Shown piece by piece: positions 11,136 through 22,010 of a stretch of 64,000 nucleotides of DNA (position 1 is the first letter of the stretch; each line of letters starts with the position of its first letter). The translations under genes and the position numbers were made by a program. The notes below the pieces were generated by a model. The model was not told where the DNA came from and did no database searches. It worked only from the letters and a program-made list of their open reading frames with translations. The DNA is from an uncultured Candidatus Binatia bacterium (GTDB lineage Bacteria > Desulfobacterota > Binatia > UBA9968 > JAJDTQ01), in contig OZ243916.1 of NCBI GenBank assembly GCA_965213675.1, positions 2,272,001-2,336,000 of the forward strand. The letters are read 5' to 3'.

Positions 11136-11675
11136 ATGACCGCCCAGGAGAGCATCGCCGGGATCCGCGCCGCCATTCGCGACATTCATGACTTCCCCAA
11201 ACCCGGTATCGTCTTCAAGGACATCACTCCGCTGCTGAGCGACGGCGCCCTGTTTCGCAAGACCATCGACCTCTTTGCCGAACGCTATGAAGCCGCGCCC
11301 GTGGACACCATCGTGGGCGTGGAGTCCCGCGGTTTCATCATCGGCGCGGCGCTGGCCTACCGGCTGGGCAAGGGACTGTGCGTCATCCGCAAGCCCGGCA
11401 AGCTCCCTTACGACACGTTGCAGACCACCTACGAGCTGGAATACGGCACCGACACCCTGGAGGTGCACAGGGACGCGCTGGCGCCCGGCGCGCGCGCGCT
11501 GCTGGTGGACGACCTCGTCGCCACCGGGGGCACCGCCGTGGCCGCCACCGCCCTTGTGGCGCAACTCGGCGCCACGGTCTTCGAGCACGCGTGCATCATC
11601 GAACTGAGCTTCCTGAACCCACGCGAAAAGCTGGACCAGGAGCTGTTCTCGCTCGTCCGCTACGACTCGGACTAG
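11136..11675 (+). CDS. apt: Adenine phosphoribosyltransferase
   Basis: DFPKPGIVFKDITPLL, ESRGF, RKPGKLP, YELEYG, VDDLVATGGT. Confidence 0.97.
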   Translation: MTAQESIAGIRAAIRDIHDFPKPGIVFKDITPLLSDGALFRKTIDLFAERYEAAPVDTIVGVESRGFIIGAALAYRLGKGLCVIRKPGKLPYDTLQTTYELEYGTDTLEVHRDALAPGARALLVDDLVATGGTAVAATALVAQLGATVFEHACIIELSFLNPREKLDQELFSLVRYDSD

Positions 11676-11736
11676 CGCTCAAGACACCGCACATCCCCAC
11701 GCAACCCACCGTGATCCCCGCTTCCCGTTTCCTTGA

Positions 11737-13734
<1,998 letters not shown>

Positions 13735-13878
13735 ACAAGAACGGCGGGGGGACTGGCGCTCCGCCCGCACCGTGGCAGAATCGGAACGGGGGCAGGGGCC
13801 GAACTCATGACCCGCCCTTGCCCCGCATCACGTTATCGGCCGACGCAGCGCCGTGGCTGCCATCGGGATCGGCCCGCC

Positions 13879-14217
13879 TCAGAACAGCCTGCCGCCGTTG
13901 GGCACCGGGCGGTTGGGTTCGATCATCACCACCTCACCGTCGGCGTCGGGGAAGCCCAGCACGAGGATCTCGGAGCGGAACGGACCGATCTGCCTGGGCG
14001 GGAAGTTGACCACGGCGGCAACCTGCCGGCCCACCAATTCTTCCATGGTGTAGTGGTGGGTCACCTGGGCGGAACTCTTGCGCTCCCCGATGTCGGGGCC
14101 GAAATCCACGTACAGCTTGTAGGCCGGCTTGCGCGCCTCCGGAAAGGGCTCGACCCGCGTGATGGTGCCGGCGCGCACGTCAACCTTCAGAAAGTCATCG
14201 TAGCTGATCTGTCCCAT
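13879..14217 (-). CDS. csaA: tRNA-binding protein/chaperone CsaA
   Basis: DFLKVDVRAG, FPEARKPAYKL, VVNFPPRQIG, SEILVLG, VPNGGRLF. Confidence 0.9.
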   Translation of the reverse strand: MGQISYDDFLKVDVRAGTITRVEPFPEARKPAYKLYVDFGPDIGERKSSAQVTHHYTMEELVGRQVAAVVNFPPRQIGPFRSEILVLGFPDADGEVVMIEPNRPVPNGGRLF

Positions 14218-14221
14218 GGGA

Positions 14222-14566
14222 TCAGAGGAGCGCCCGGAGGGCTGCCTCGTCGAAGCCGGCAACCTTGCGCTTGCCCTTGATGGTCACCGGGCGCCGCAAC
14301 AGGTTCTGGTCCTCCACCATCAAACGGATGGCCTCCTCCCGGCTTGGAGGGTTGGCCTTCATCTTCCGCTCCCGATAGAGCGCGGTCCGTGTGTTGAGAA
14401 AGTCCGTCACCGGCCCGGCACCGATGATGGCCTCCAACTCCTTCTCGGTCAACGGCTGCTTGCCGTACTCCCGCTCCTCCAACTCCGCCCCTTGTGATTG
14501 CAAGAAACTTCTTGCCTTGCGACAGGTGGTTCAGGTGTTCTTGTAATAGAATTTCAGCTTGGCCAT
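14222..14566 (-). CDS. ArsC/Spx-family thioredoxin-fold protein, probable selenoprotein (UxxC)
   Basis: ATG 14566 after AAAGGGA; MAKLKFYYKNT-UGA-TTCRKARSFL..., continuing in frame into FLNTR and NLLRRPV (ArsC/YffB motifs); hairpin GCAAGA-AGTT-TCTTGC 3' of the UGA. Confidence 0.82.
14500..14515 (-). promoter_or_regulatory. Candidate bacterial SECIS element
   Basis: 6-bp stem GCAAGA/TCTTGC with a GU-containing loop, starting 15 nt 3' of the in-frame UGA (14531-14533). Confidence 0.6.
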
Positions 14567-14687
14567 GGCCGTTTCCCTTTCTACCCGTCTCCCCGATTAC
14601 CTCGTATCCCGTGGGGAGGTCGTCCGTAAGGAAGTGGTTCCCTTTGGGTCTCCGTAGCAGCTTGGAAAGCGTACTCGAACCGGAGCT

Positions 14688-15197
14688 TCATGGTCCAATT
14701 TCCGCTTGGAGCCCGGGGGCAAGTTCGCCGGGGTTGATCCGCCCTTGTTGAACGGCCGCAACCAGAAGCCCCTTGACGCGTGCCCTCGTAAGGCGACGCC
14801 ACCGCTGGTCCTTGATCGCCGTCACGATGCGCTGAGCTACTTTACCGAGCCGGACGAGATCGAGCTTGCAGATATCGACATGCTGTTCGGATAAACCTGC
14901 GACCGGCGTTCGCCCTTCCGTAACCCTCAAGGTCTGGCCATCCGCCTCCAACTCCTCATCTACAAGCCACACGATATCCAGCTTATCGAGACGTTCTCCG
15001 GCAGCGGCGATGGCCAACGCGGCATCCCATATGTCCTTGTCCGAACCCGTGCGGCATCGCCAGAAGGACAGTGTGTCCCTTTGCGTTCGCAGGTCGCCGG
15101 TCACCGCGTCCGCCGCTATTTCTCCCGGTTCCAAACCTCGCTCGATATTCCGTTTCGCATCCCATTTCGCGAGAGCGATCTTCCGGACCAGGAACAT
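14688..15197 (-). CDS. Hypothetical protein, possible ART/RES-like toxin
   Basis: 169-aa ORF starting 9 nt after the upstream stop; N-terminal LVRK, LSFW and HVDI pattern. Confidence 0.6.
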   Translation of the reverse strand: MFLVRKIALAKWDAKRNIERGLEPGEIAADAVTGDLRTQRDTLSFWRCRTGSDKDIWDAALAIAAAGERLDKLDIVWLVDEELEADGQTLRVTEGRTPVAGLSEQHVDICKLDLVRLGKVAQRIVTAIKDQRWRRLTRARVKGLLVAAVQQGRINPGELAPGLQAEIGP

Positions 15198-15206
15198 CGC
15201 CGCTGC

Positions 15207-15905
15207 CTACTCTACCAAGTCCTCGACGACATCCTCGATATAGGCGCGTAGCCAGGATACCTGCTCGACATGGCTAGACAGCACTGCTGGCATTTCCGGT
15301 CCCCCCCACGACTCCGCCGCCTGAACCGCGGCGTCTCTCATCTCCACATCGTCGGCTAAGAGCGCTGACTGCACGATTCCAACGCGCCACACGGAAGTCC
15401 CTGGCCGCCGTCTGCCCAAACACCGCAGAACCGACGCTGCCAAGACGGGACGCTCGACATCCACAGCCAACGACCCGAGCCATGCCAAGACACGCCCACC
15501 CTGTTCTGACTCTAATGCATCGCCGATGATCCGCTCCGCTGGATGATCGATTCCGTCTTCGAGTGGCTCGGCCTCAAACGCCATCGTCAGTCGGTCAACA
15601 AGGCGCGTCTGTTCGTGTATCTCTTCTTCAAGACACGCAAGATCAATGACAGCCGGGAACAGGCTCATCCCCAGCTTCGTGTGGAACAACTCGGAATCTG
15701 AGCGATCAACGACCAGTCGAAACCCAAACTCGGACAAGGCCCTTACTAGACGAGCTGGTTCCAACGATACGGCCATGGACTCTCTGCCGCCGCTTACCAC
15801 ATGCATCGACCCTTGTTTCCCTCCCGACGGATCCGCGTTCCGAACCAATTCAGGAAGAGACGGACGGCATGTGGACAACTCCGGCTCGTGGGATTCAACC
15901 AGCAT
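15207..15905 (-). CDS. Hypothetical protein with C-terminal HEAT-like helices
   Basis: ATG 15905 overlaps the upstream stop; C-terminus DDVEMRDAAVQAAESWGG; start uncertain. Confidence 0.55.
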   Translation of the reverse strand: MLVESHEPELSTCRPSLPELVRNADPSGGKQGSMHVVSGGRESMAVSLEPARLVRALSEFGFRLVVDRSDSELFHTKLGMSLFPAVIDLACLEEEIHEQTRLVDRLTMAFEAEPLEDGIDHPAERIIGDALESEQGGRVLAWLGSLAVDVERPVLAASVLRCLGRRRPGTSVWRVGIVQSALLADDVEMRDAAVQAAESWGGPEMPAVLSSHVEQVSWLRAYIEDVVEDLVE

Positions 15906-16680
15906 CAAACAGTTCCCTGGCTTTGTCAGTGACCACCGCCTCAAATGCCGATCCTGCCCGTTCATGCAGGTCATTGGCGATTTCCAACGTTCGCTCAGAT
16001 TCAATCTGCGCATCACCCCGCCAAATGACATCCAGATCGAGAAGGCATTTCACGGCGTCCGCCGGGGCTCCAATCAATCCAAGGGCCAACACAAGCCGCA
16101 CTCCATCGTCATACACGTACTCCACCCGGCTCAGGAAATTCGTGTAATCCTGTGGCAAGCCGCTCATCTCCAGATGCGCGCACTTGAGATACTCCTCGAC
16201 CCTGACTTGACTCCCTGGAATCGCGATCTGGTTAATGTAACGAACGCCGACCCGATTAATCCCGCTGGGTTCTGCCACCTTTCGGTACGCTTCCAACGCG
16301 GCTGTAATGCGAGGCGCAAACTCTTGCCATCCGCCTCCCTCCGTGTTCGACGGATCCTGGTAGGGGCGGAGCATATGAACGCTAAGGACGTCACGCCCGA
16401 CACCGACCAACCTCGTCCCATCTTTCGTCAAAAGTTGGACCTTCGCCAAACCTTCGTCATACTCCAAGTTGGCAGGCTTGCCTTCCTGGACTTGCAAACC
16501 CAACTGAACCATTTTCTGCTCTCTGGGTTTGCCGGAATACTCCTCGCCCAGCGCGGCCTGGAGCTTCCCGGGAATCGTGAGGTCCCAATCCGGTCCGGGC
16601 ACGAAGCGGAATTCACAGAGCGCCTCATTGACAGGCGGGTTCCGATAGCGTCGCCGTTGATTCACCGGTCCACTTCCCAA
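15895..16680 (-). CDS. TIGR04255-family protein
   Basis: N-terminal YRNPPVNEALCEFRF, central RVGVRYINQI, LLDLD, about 255 aa. Confidence 0.8.
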   Translation of the reverse strand: MGSGPVNQRRRYRNPPVNEALCEFRFVPGPDWDLTIPGKLQAALGEEYSGKPREQKMVQLGLQVQEGKPANLEYDEGLAKVQLLTKDGTRLVGVGRDVLSVHMLRPYQDPSNTEGGGWQEFAPRITAALEAYRKVAEPSGINRVGVRYINQIAIPGSQVRVEEYLKCAHLEMSGLPQDYTNFLSRVEYVYDDGVRLVLALGLIGAPADAVKCLLDLDVIWRGDAQIESERTLEIANDLHERAGSAFEAVVTDKARELFDAG

Positions 16681-16809
16681 ATCGATTGCCGTGACTGAAG
16701 GATTCGGCCGTCCGCATGGCCGCGTCCGTCCCGAATAGCAGCCACCCCGTCACCGAGTGTCGGAAGGTCGCCCCTCGTTTGACACATGTGTCGAAGTGAC
16801 CCCGACCCA

Positions 16810-18186
16810 TCAGACGTATTTGCTTACGTCCACCCGCTTCATGGCCTCCAGCGGCACTTCGTTCTTGATGGGGAATTCGCCTTCCAGGGGGCGGGTGGCG
16901 TCCACCACGGCGACGCTGTCGCCGAGCCAGCCGCGGAAGTTCTGGACCTCGCGGATGACGTCGAGGTCCCGGTCCCAGTGGGTGCGGGTGCCCACCGCCC
17001 ACATCACCTCGCGCTCGTTGAAAACGTCCACGTCGTCATCCACCACCACGCAGAGCTTGAGGTTGGGCATGTCGGCGAATGCCTGCATGGCGGCCTTCTT
17101 GGGTTCGTTGGGGAACTTCTTGTCGATGGAGATGTAGCAGATCACGCGGCCGCAGCCGGAGTGGGGCAGGTGGATGGCCTTGATGCCCGGGATGTTGCGC
17201 TTGATGGAGTTGTAGACGCTGCCTTCCTTGGTGATGCCGCCCAGGTTCCAGTGGTCCTTCTGGCCCGCCCAGATATCCTGCATCACCGCGTTCCTGCGGT
17301 GGGTGACCGCGGTGACCTCGACAATCGGCACGTCCATGGTCACCTGGTAGTAACGCAGCACCTCGCCGAAGGGGTTCTGGGAGCGGCGCACGTTGGGCGG
17401 CACCTCGCCCTCGATGATCATCTCGGCGTCCGCGGGCACGAGGAAGTCTTCGCCCCAGGTCACCGACGGGGTCAACCGCAACGGCTCGCGCATGAACGCC
17501 GCGGCGCTCTGGTAGTCGTCGTTGCCGTAGGGGGTCATGCAACACGACGAGAAATAGAAGGCCGGATGGTGACCCATCACGATGATCACCGGCGCCCGCT
17601 GCTCCTTGGCCTCGTTCTCGCTGACGATGGCTTCCAGGTGATGGTGCTTGTGGGCCGAGAAGCTCATGGTGCGACCGTCGTAGTAGAGATTCTTGGTGAA
17701 AGTGATGTCGTAGAACGGCTCCGCCTCGCCTTTCATGACGCAGGCCATGGTCCAGTAGGGACCCACGTCGAGATCGTGGTGCATGGGGATGGGATACCGG
17801 GCCAGGTCCACGTCCGACCCGCGCACCACCACCTCACGGCACGGCGCGGCGTCAGGCGCGATGACCTCGGTCTCGCCCTTCTCCTTCTCCAACCGCGACA
17901 CCTCCAGGCTCAACTCCATGTTGGACTTGAGGTCACCCATGCCCATGCCGTCGGCGCAGAACTGCCGGCTCACCCAAGGGTTGTAGAAGAGCGGAAACGG
18001 AGACGGCTTCCCCTCCAGCGTGGTCACGTTCTCGAACAGCACCATCTTGTCCAGACCGCGGTCGTCCAGGTGCTTCAGGAACGCGATGGTCTCGCACTTG
18101 TTGGGATCGATGGGGTCCTTCACCCGGATCAGGTCGCCCGGGCGGCGCTCTTCCTCGGTGGCGATGAATTCCTGTAGGTCTCTCAT
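16810..18186 (-). CDS. UbiD-family (prFMN-dependent) decarboxylase, atypical
   Basis: MRDLQEFI, VPADAEMIIEG, PFGE, VVVDDDVDVFN, VMWAVGTR, DATRP. Confidence 0.9.
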   Translation of the reverse strand: MRDLQEFIATEEERRPGDLIRVKDPIDPNKCETIAFLKHLDDRGLDKMVLFENVTTLEGKPSPFPLFYNPWVSRQFCADGMGMGDLKSNMELSLEVSRLEKEKGETEVIAPDAAPCREVVVRGSDVDLARYPIPMHHDLDVGPYWTMACVMKGEAEPFYDITFTKNLYYDGRTMSFSAHKHHHLEAIVSENEAKEQRAPVIIVMGHHPAFYFSSCCMTPYGNDDYQSAAAFMREPLRLTPSVTWGEDFLVPADAEMIIEGEVPPNVRRSQNPFGEVLRYYQVTMDVPIVEVTAVTHRRNAVMQDIWAGQKDHWNLGGITKEGSVYNSIKRNIPGIKAIHLPHSGCGRVICYISIDKKFPNEPKKAAMQAFADMPNLKLCVVVDDDVDVFNEREVMWAVGTRTHWDRDLDVIREVQNFRGWLGDSVAVVDATRPLEGEFPIKNEVPLEAMKRVDVSKYV

Positions 18187-18435
18187 GGTCGATTCTCCCT
18201 GGATGAAACTGGTTCGTGCGAAGTTCAGCCGTCCCAGTCGTTCGACTTAGCTTACTGTTCGGTAGGCGCTGGACTCGCTGCGCCTGTCCTGACATCGTCG
18301 TAGAACCCGGGACCAGCGGTACTGGGAAATGGTCCCCCCGTTCGTCCTGGGCGTAGCGAAGTCAAAGGAGTGCACGTTGGCCAATGGCGAGTGTCAACGC
18401 TTCCTTAGACAATCGCCGCTACAAGCGCAAGGTTC

Positions 18436-18756
18436 TCAGGCTTCGGCCAGCACCGACCCCATCCACGCCAGGTAGCTCTCGTTGCCCTCGATCATGGGCA
18501 CGGCGATGATCTCCGGGACGTCGTAGTCGTGGAGTTGCCGCACTCTCACCTTGAGCCGGTCGAAGAGGTCGGCCCGGGTCTTGACGATGAGGAGGTCCTC
18601 GGCGTCGCGCTCGATTCGCCCTTCCCACGTATAGGTGGACTCGATCCCGGGAATACGGTTGACGCAGGCGGCGAGTTTCTCCCGCACCAGCGCGGCGGCC
18701 AGGTCCCGCGCGTTTTCCGCGGATGCCGTGATGTAGACCACGAGGAATTCCTTCAT
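18436..18756 (-). CDS. cutA: Divalent-cation tolerance protein CutA
   Basis: LVREKLAACVN, STYTWEG, HDYDVPEII, YLAW. Confidence 0.95.
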   Translation of the reverse strand: MKEFLVVYITASAENARDLAAALVREKLAACVNRIPGIESTYTWEGRIERDAEDLLIVKTRADLFDRLKVRVRQLHDYDVPEIIAVPMIEGNESYLAWMGSVLAEA

Positions 18757-18967
18757 TTCAGCGACCCCCAATCTTTGAAAAACGGCCCGCCGCGCGTCCG
18801 TTTGCGCGGCCCACCCCAGTATGATTTATTTCGTGTCTGCACAGTCCGCGCTTGTCAATCCAGCCGCCCGTCCGGCGTCCCGCTGGCGTGCGTTCGGTTC
18901 ATAGAGTTCTGGAGCCATCCTGTAAACCGTTCCCGAAGACAGCCTTGAGAAGGGGGTAGAAACCCGA

Positions 18968-19345
18968 ATGGAAGCCATCGATTTTGCCAAGGGCGGAGGC
19001 ATCGTCCCGGTGGTGGTGCAGGACCACGAGACGCTGGACGTGCTCATGCTCGCCTACATGAACGAACAAGCCTTCAACCTCACCCGCGAAACCGGCAAGG
19101 CCCACTACTACAGCCGTTCGCGGGACAAGCTGTGGCTCAAGGGCGAGGAGTCCGGGCATTTCCAGGTCGTCAAGGATATCCTTGTGGATTGCGACAACGA
19201 CACGGTGATCCTCAAGATCGTCCAGCAGGGCGGCGGCGCCTGCCACCTGGGCTACCGCACCTGCTTCTTCCGACACGACGCCGGCGAAGACTGGGAGGTG
19301 TGCGAGGAGAAGGTGTTCAACCCCGAGGAGGTCTACAACAAGTGA
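18968..19345 (+). CDS. hisI: Phosphoribosyl-AMP cyclohydrolase
   Basis: VLMLAYMN, YYSRSR, LWLKGEESG, DCDND, ACHLGYRTCF. Confidence 0.96.
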   Translation: MEAIDFAKGGGIVPVVVQDHETLDVLMLAYMNEQAFNLTRETGKAHYYSRSRDKLWLKGEESGHFQVVKDILVDCDNDTVILKIVQQGGGACHLGYRTCFFRHDAGEDWEVCEEKVFNPEEVYNK

Positions 19346-20232
19346 AGCAACTCAAGCTGGGGCTTCCCAAGGGGAGCTTGGAAAACTCCACCATCGAACT
19401 TTTCCGCAAGTCGGGCTGGAAGATCACCGGCATGAACCGGAGTTATTTTCCTTCCATCGACGACGACTCGCTGACGTGCAGCGTGGTGCGCGCCCAGGAG
19501 ATGTCCCGCTACGTGGAGGACGGCACCCTGGACGCGGGCATTACCGGCAAGGACTGGATCCAGGAGAACGACTCCCAGGTCGAGTACATCACGGAACTGA
19601 TCTACGCCAAGACCAGCTTCCGCCCGACCCGCTGGGTGCTGGCGGTGCCCCATGACTCGCCGGTGCAGAAGATCGAAGACCTCAAGGGCAAGAAGGTGGC
19701 CACCGAGATGGTGAACTTCACCCGGCGGCTGTTCGAATCGCACAACACGCCGGTGGACGTGGAGTTTTCCTGGGGCGCCACCGAGGCCAAGGCCGCCGAA
19801 GGGCTGGCCGACGCCATCGTCGAGGTCACCGAGACCGGCGGCACCATCCGCGCCCACGGCCTGCGCATCGTCACCGACCTGCTGGAATCCGCGCCCCAGC
19901 TCATCGCCAACAAGGCCGCTTGGCAGGACTCCTGGAAGCGCTCCAAGATCGAGCAGATCAGCACGCTGCTCAAGGGCGCCCTGGCCGCCGAACACAAGGT
20001 GGGCATCAAGATGAATGTGAAGGAGGAAGACCTCCAGAAGATCGTCGACCTGATCCCCAGCCTCACCGCCCCCACCGTCGCGACCCTCTACGACACCCCG
20101 GCCCTGGGCGGCAAGAAGTGGTTCTCCGTGGAAAGCGTCATCGCCGAGGACGTGGTGCGCGAACTCATACCGGAGCTCATGCGCAACGGCGCCGTGGGAA
20201 TCCTGGAGTACCCGCTGAACAAGGTGGTCTGA
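19342..20232 (+). CDS. hisG: ATP phosphoribosyltransferase (long form)
   Basis: GTG start overlapping the hisI stop; LGLPKGSL, DAGITGKDW, SWGATE, TETGGT, HisG_C tail. Confidence 0.95.
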   Translation: MKQLKLGLPKGSLENSTIELFRKSGWKITGMNRSYFPSIDDDSLTCSVVRAQEMSRYVEDGTLDAGITGKDWIQENDSQVEYITELIYAKTSFRPTRWVLAVPHDSPVQKIEDLKGKKVATEMVNFTRRLFESHNTPVDVEFSWGATEAKAAEGLADAIVEVTETGGTIRAHGLRIVTDLLESAPQLIANKAAWQDSWKRSKIEQISTLLKGALAAEHKVGIKMNVKEEDLQKIVDLIPSLTAPTVATLYDTPALGGKKWFSVESVIAEDVVRELIPELMRNGAVGILEYPLNKVV

Positions 20233-20316
20233 GCGGAACCCGGCCGCGCCCCGGAAAAGTCCACCGGGACGGCGATAACGAACTTTCGCTTTCGCGAATT
20301 CCTGCGGCGCAGGCTC

Positions 20317-20859
20317 CTAGAACCCCTCCATCTGCCGGTCCTCCAGCTCTTCCTTGCCCTTGTCGTCGATGGAGTAGACGCCGCCTTCGGATGAGATGAG
20401 CTCGGGGTCGTAGTAGAGCTTGGAGACTTCGAGGCCGTCGTCGAATTCGACCATGCGGATGGCGTCCCAAGGGCAGATCTTCTTGTCGAGGCGATCCTCG
20501 GAGTCGGTGCCGATGAGCTGGAGATCGCTCTTCTTGGGTTCCTGCTCCTTCTCCAGGGGCTTCTTGTCGGCATCGTAGAGGCGGTTGCCGTATTCGAAGA
20601 AGATCTGACCGGTGTTCTTGTGCTCGTGAATCTTGGTGAGGTCGTCGCTGTAGCACATCTGGCAGCCAATGCACTTCTCGTTGTCCACCCACACCCGGTA
20701 GGGCTTGAGGCCACCGCCGGGCATCTCTTCGTAAAGGAGGTTGATGCAGTCGTCCACCGGGCAATGCACCTCGCACAACGGCGCGCCGGCGCAACTGGTA
20801 CAGTTCTCGTTCATCACGGCCAGGAGCGCCGTGCCCTTGCGTTTCTTGGCTTCAGCCAT
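20317..20859 (-). CDS. 4Fe-4S ferredoxin-like protein with a large insertion
   Basis: CTSC....LCEVHCP and CIGCQMC...ICPWDAI cysteine motifs. Confidence 0.8.
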   Translation of the reverse strand: MAEAKKRKGTALLAVMNENCTSCAGAPLCEVHCPVDDCINLLYEEMPGGGLKPYRVWVDNEKCIGCQMCYSDDLTKIHEHKNTGQIFFEYGNRLYDADKKPLEKEQEPKKSDLQLIGTDSEDRLDKKICPWDAIRMVEFDDGLEVSKLYYDPELISSEGGVYSIDDKGKEELEDRQMEGF

Positions 20860-21718
20860 CGACCTTCACCCTTCTCCTCGCCTTGTACCGGAAATAGAAG
20901 AACAGCCCCAAAACCAGCAGCAGGAAAACCCAATAGTATCGGACCAGACCGACCACGGCCCATTCGAGCCAGTAGACGAAGTTTCCCGACTGTCCGCTGA
21001 GCCGGGTGAGTGCTTCCTGAGCCCCGGAATAGTCCCGCAGTTCCTTGCGCACCCGGGCGAGACCGTACAGGGCGGCCTCATCGTTCGGCTGACGGGCCAG
21101 ACTCCTTTCGAAGTCGGTCCTGGCTTCCCGCCACTTGCCCAAGTCCACGTAGGCCCAGCCGCGGTTGCTGGCGGCCTGCGCGAACTCCGGGTTCAACTCC
21201 AGAGCGCGCGAGAAGCTTTGGACGGCCGGCTCCAGGTCGCCCTTGCGCTTGAGCGCGACACCCAGGTTGTTGTGAACCTCCGGGACATCAGGCTTGAGCG
21301 CGGCCACCTTGCGGTACGACTCGATGGCCGCCTCGACGTCGCCCGCGGCTTCCATGTCGAGCCAGCCCAGCAGCGTCAATGCCTCGGCGTCCTCCGGCGC
21401 CAAGGCCACGGCCTTCCTCACATGCGCCAAGGCCTCCTCGCGCTCGCCGCGCTTGAGAGCCGCCAAGCCCAACACCTGCAGGAGCTGAGGCTCGTCCGGA
21501 TACCGTTCAAGCAGCTTCTGGAACTTGTCCCAAGCGTCCGCGACCTTGCCCGCGGCCAGATCCCGTCGTCCTTCACGCCAGGACTCTTCGTCCACCAAGG
21601 CGGAGCGGACTTCTCCGCAAATGCCCAGAACCGCAACGAGGGCCAGCGCCGCCAAGGACGCCAAGCCCCGGCATCTACTTCCACATCTTGTCAGGGATTT
21701 CGTCCTCTCGGCCCTCAT
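20852..21718 (-). CDS. TPR-repeat membrane protein
   Basis: Several TPRs (VHNNLGVAL, ALELNP, NRGWAY), N-terminal hydrophobic signal, C-terminal TM helix; start uncertain. Confidence 0.8.
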   Translation of the reverse strand: MRAERTKSLTRCGSRCRGLASLAALALVAVLGICGEVRSALVDEESWREGRRDLAAGKVADAWDKFQKLLERYPDEPQLLQVLGLAALKRGEREEALAHVRKAVALAPEDAEALTLLGWLDMEAAGDVEAAIESYRKVAALKPDVPEVHNNLGVALKRKGDLEPAVQSFSRALELNPEFAQAASNRGWAYVDLGKWREARTDFERSLARQPNDEAALYGLARVRKELRDYSGAQEALTRLSGQSGNFVYWLEWAVVGLVRYYWVFLLLVLGLFFYFRYKARRRVKVDG

Positions 21719-21860
21719 CGATCAGCCTGTCATTCTTCAGAGCTTGCTTAAGGCCGACCCAGGTGAAGAACAGGACGAGAATCAGCATGCCCACGATGGG
21801 AATGTTGTCGGGCTTGGTCACGATCTCCATGAAATAGTACAAGCCGGATTGCTCTTCCAT
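21675..21860 (-). CDS. Small single-TM membrane protein (KPDNIPIV motif)
   Basis: AGGTGG RBS; 61 aa, hydrophobic core IVGMLILVLFFTWVGL; GC-typical codons. Confidence 0.7.
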   Translation of the reverse strand: MEEQSGLYYFMEIVTKPDNIPIVGMLILVLFFTWVGLKQALKNDRLIDEGREDEIPDKMWK

Positions 21861-22010
21861 ACGAACTCGACCACCTTTAGCGAAGTACGGTAAGAGTTAT
21901 TGGAAAATCACGTGCTTGTCAATGTACGGGCCGGTTTCCACAGGCTGGTTCCGAGGTCACCCGGACGCTCTGGCGGGCGACCTTCCCTTGGGCTATAGTT
22001 TGTCCTGCCT

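Noticed and set aside
15646-16698. 350-aa plus-strand ORF
   Set aside because: Antisense to the TIGR04255 gene, which has recognisable family motifs; no motif of its own.
18190-18420. Possible riboswitch upstream of the first ubiD
   Set aside because: No riboswitch consensus recognised; it looks like degenerate palindromic repeat remnants (TTCGACTTAGCT; CCGTTCGTCCTGGGCGTAGCGAAGTC), similar to 46965-47080.
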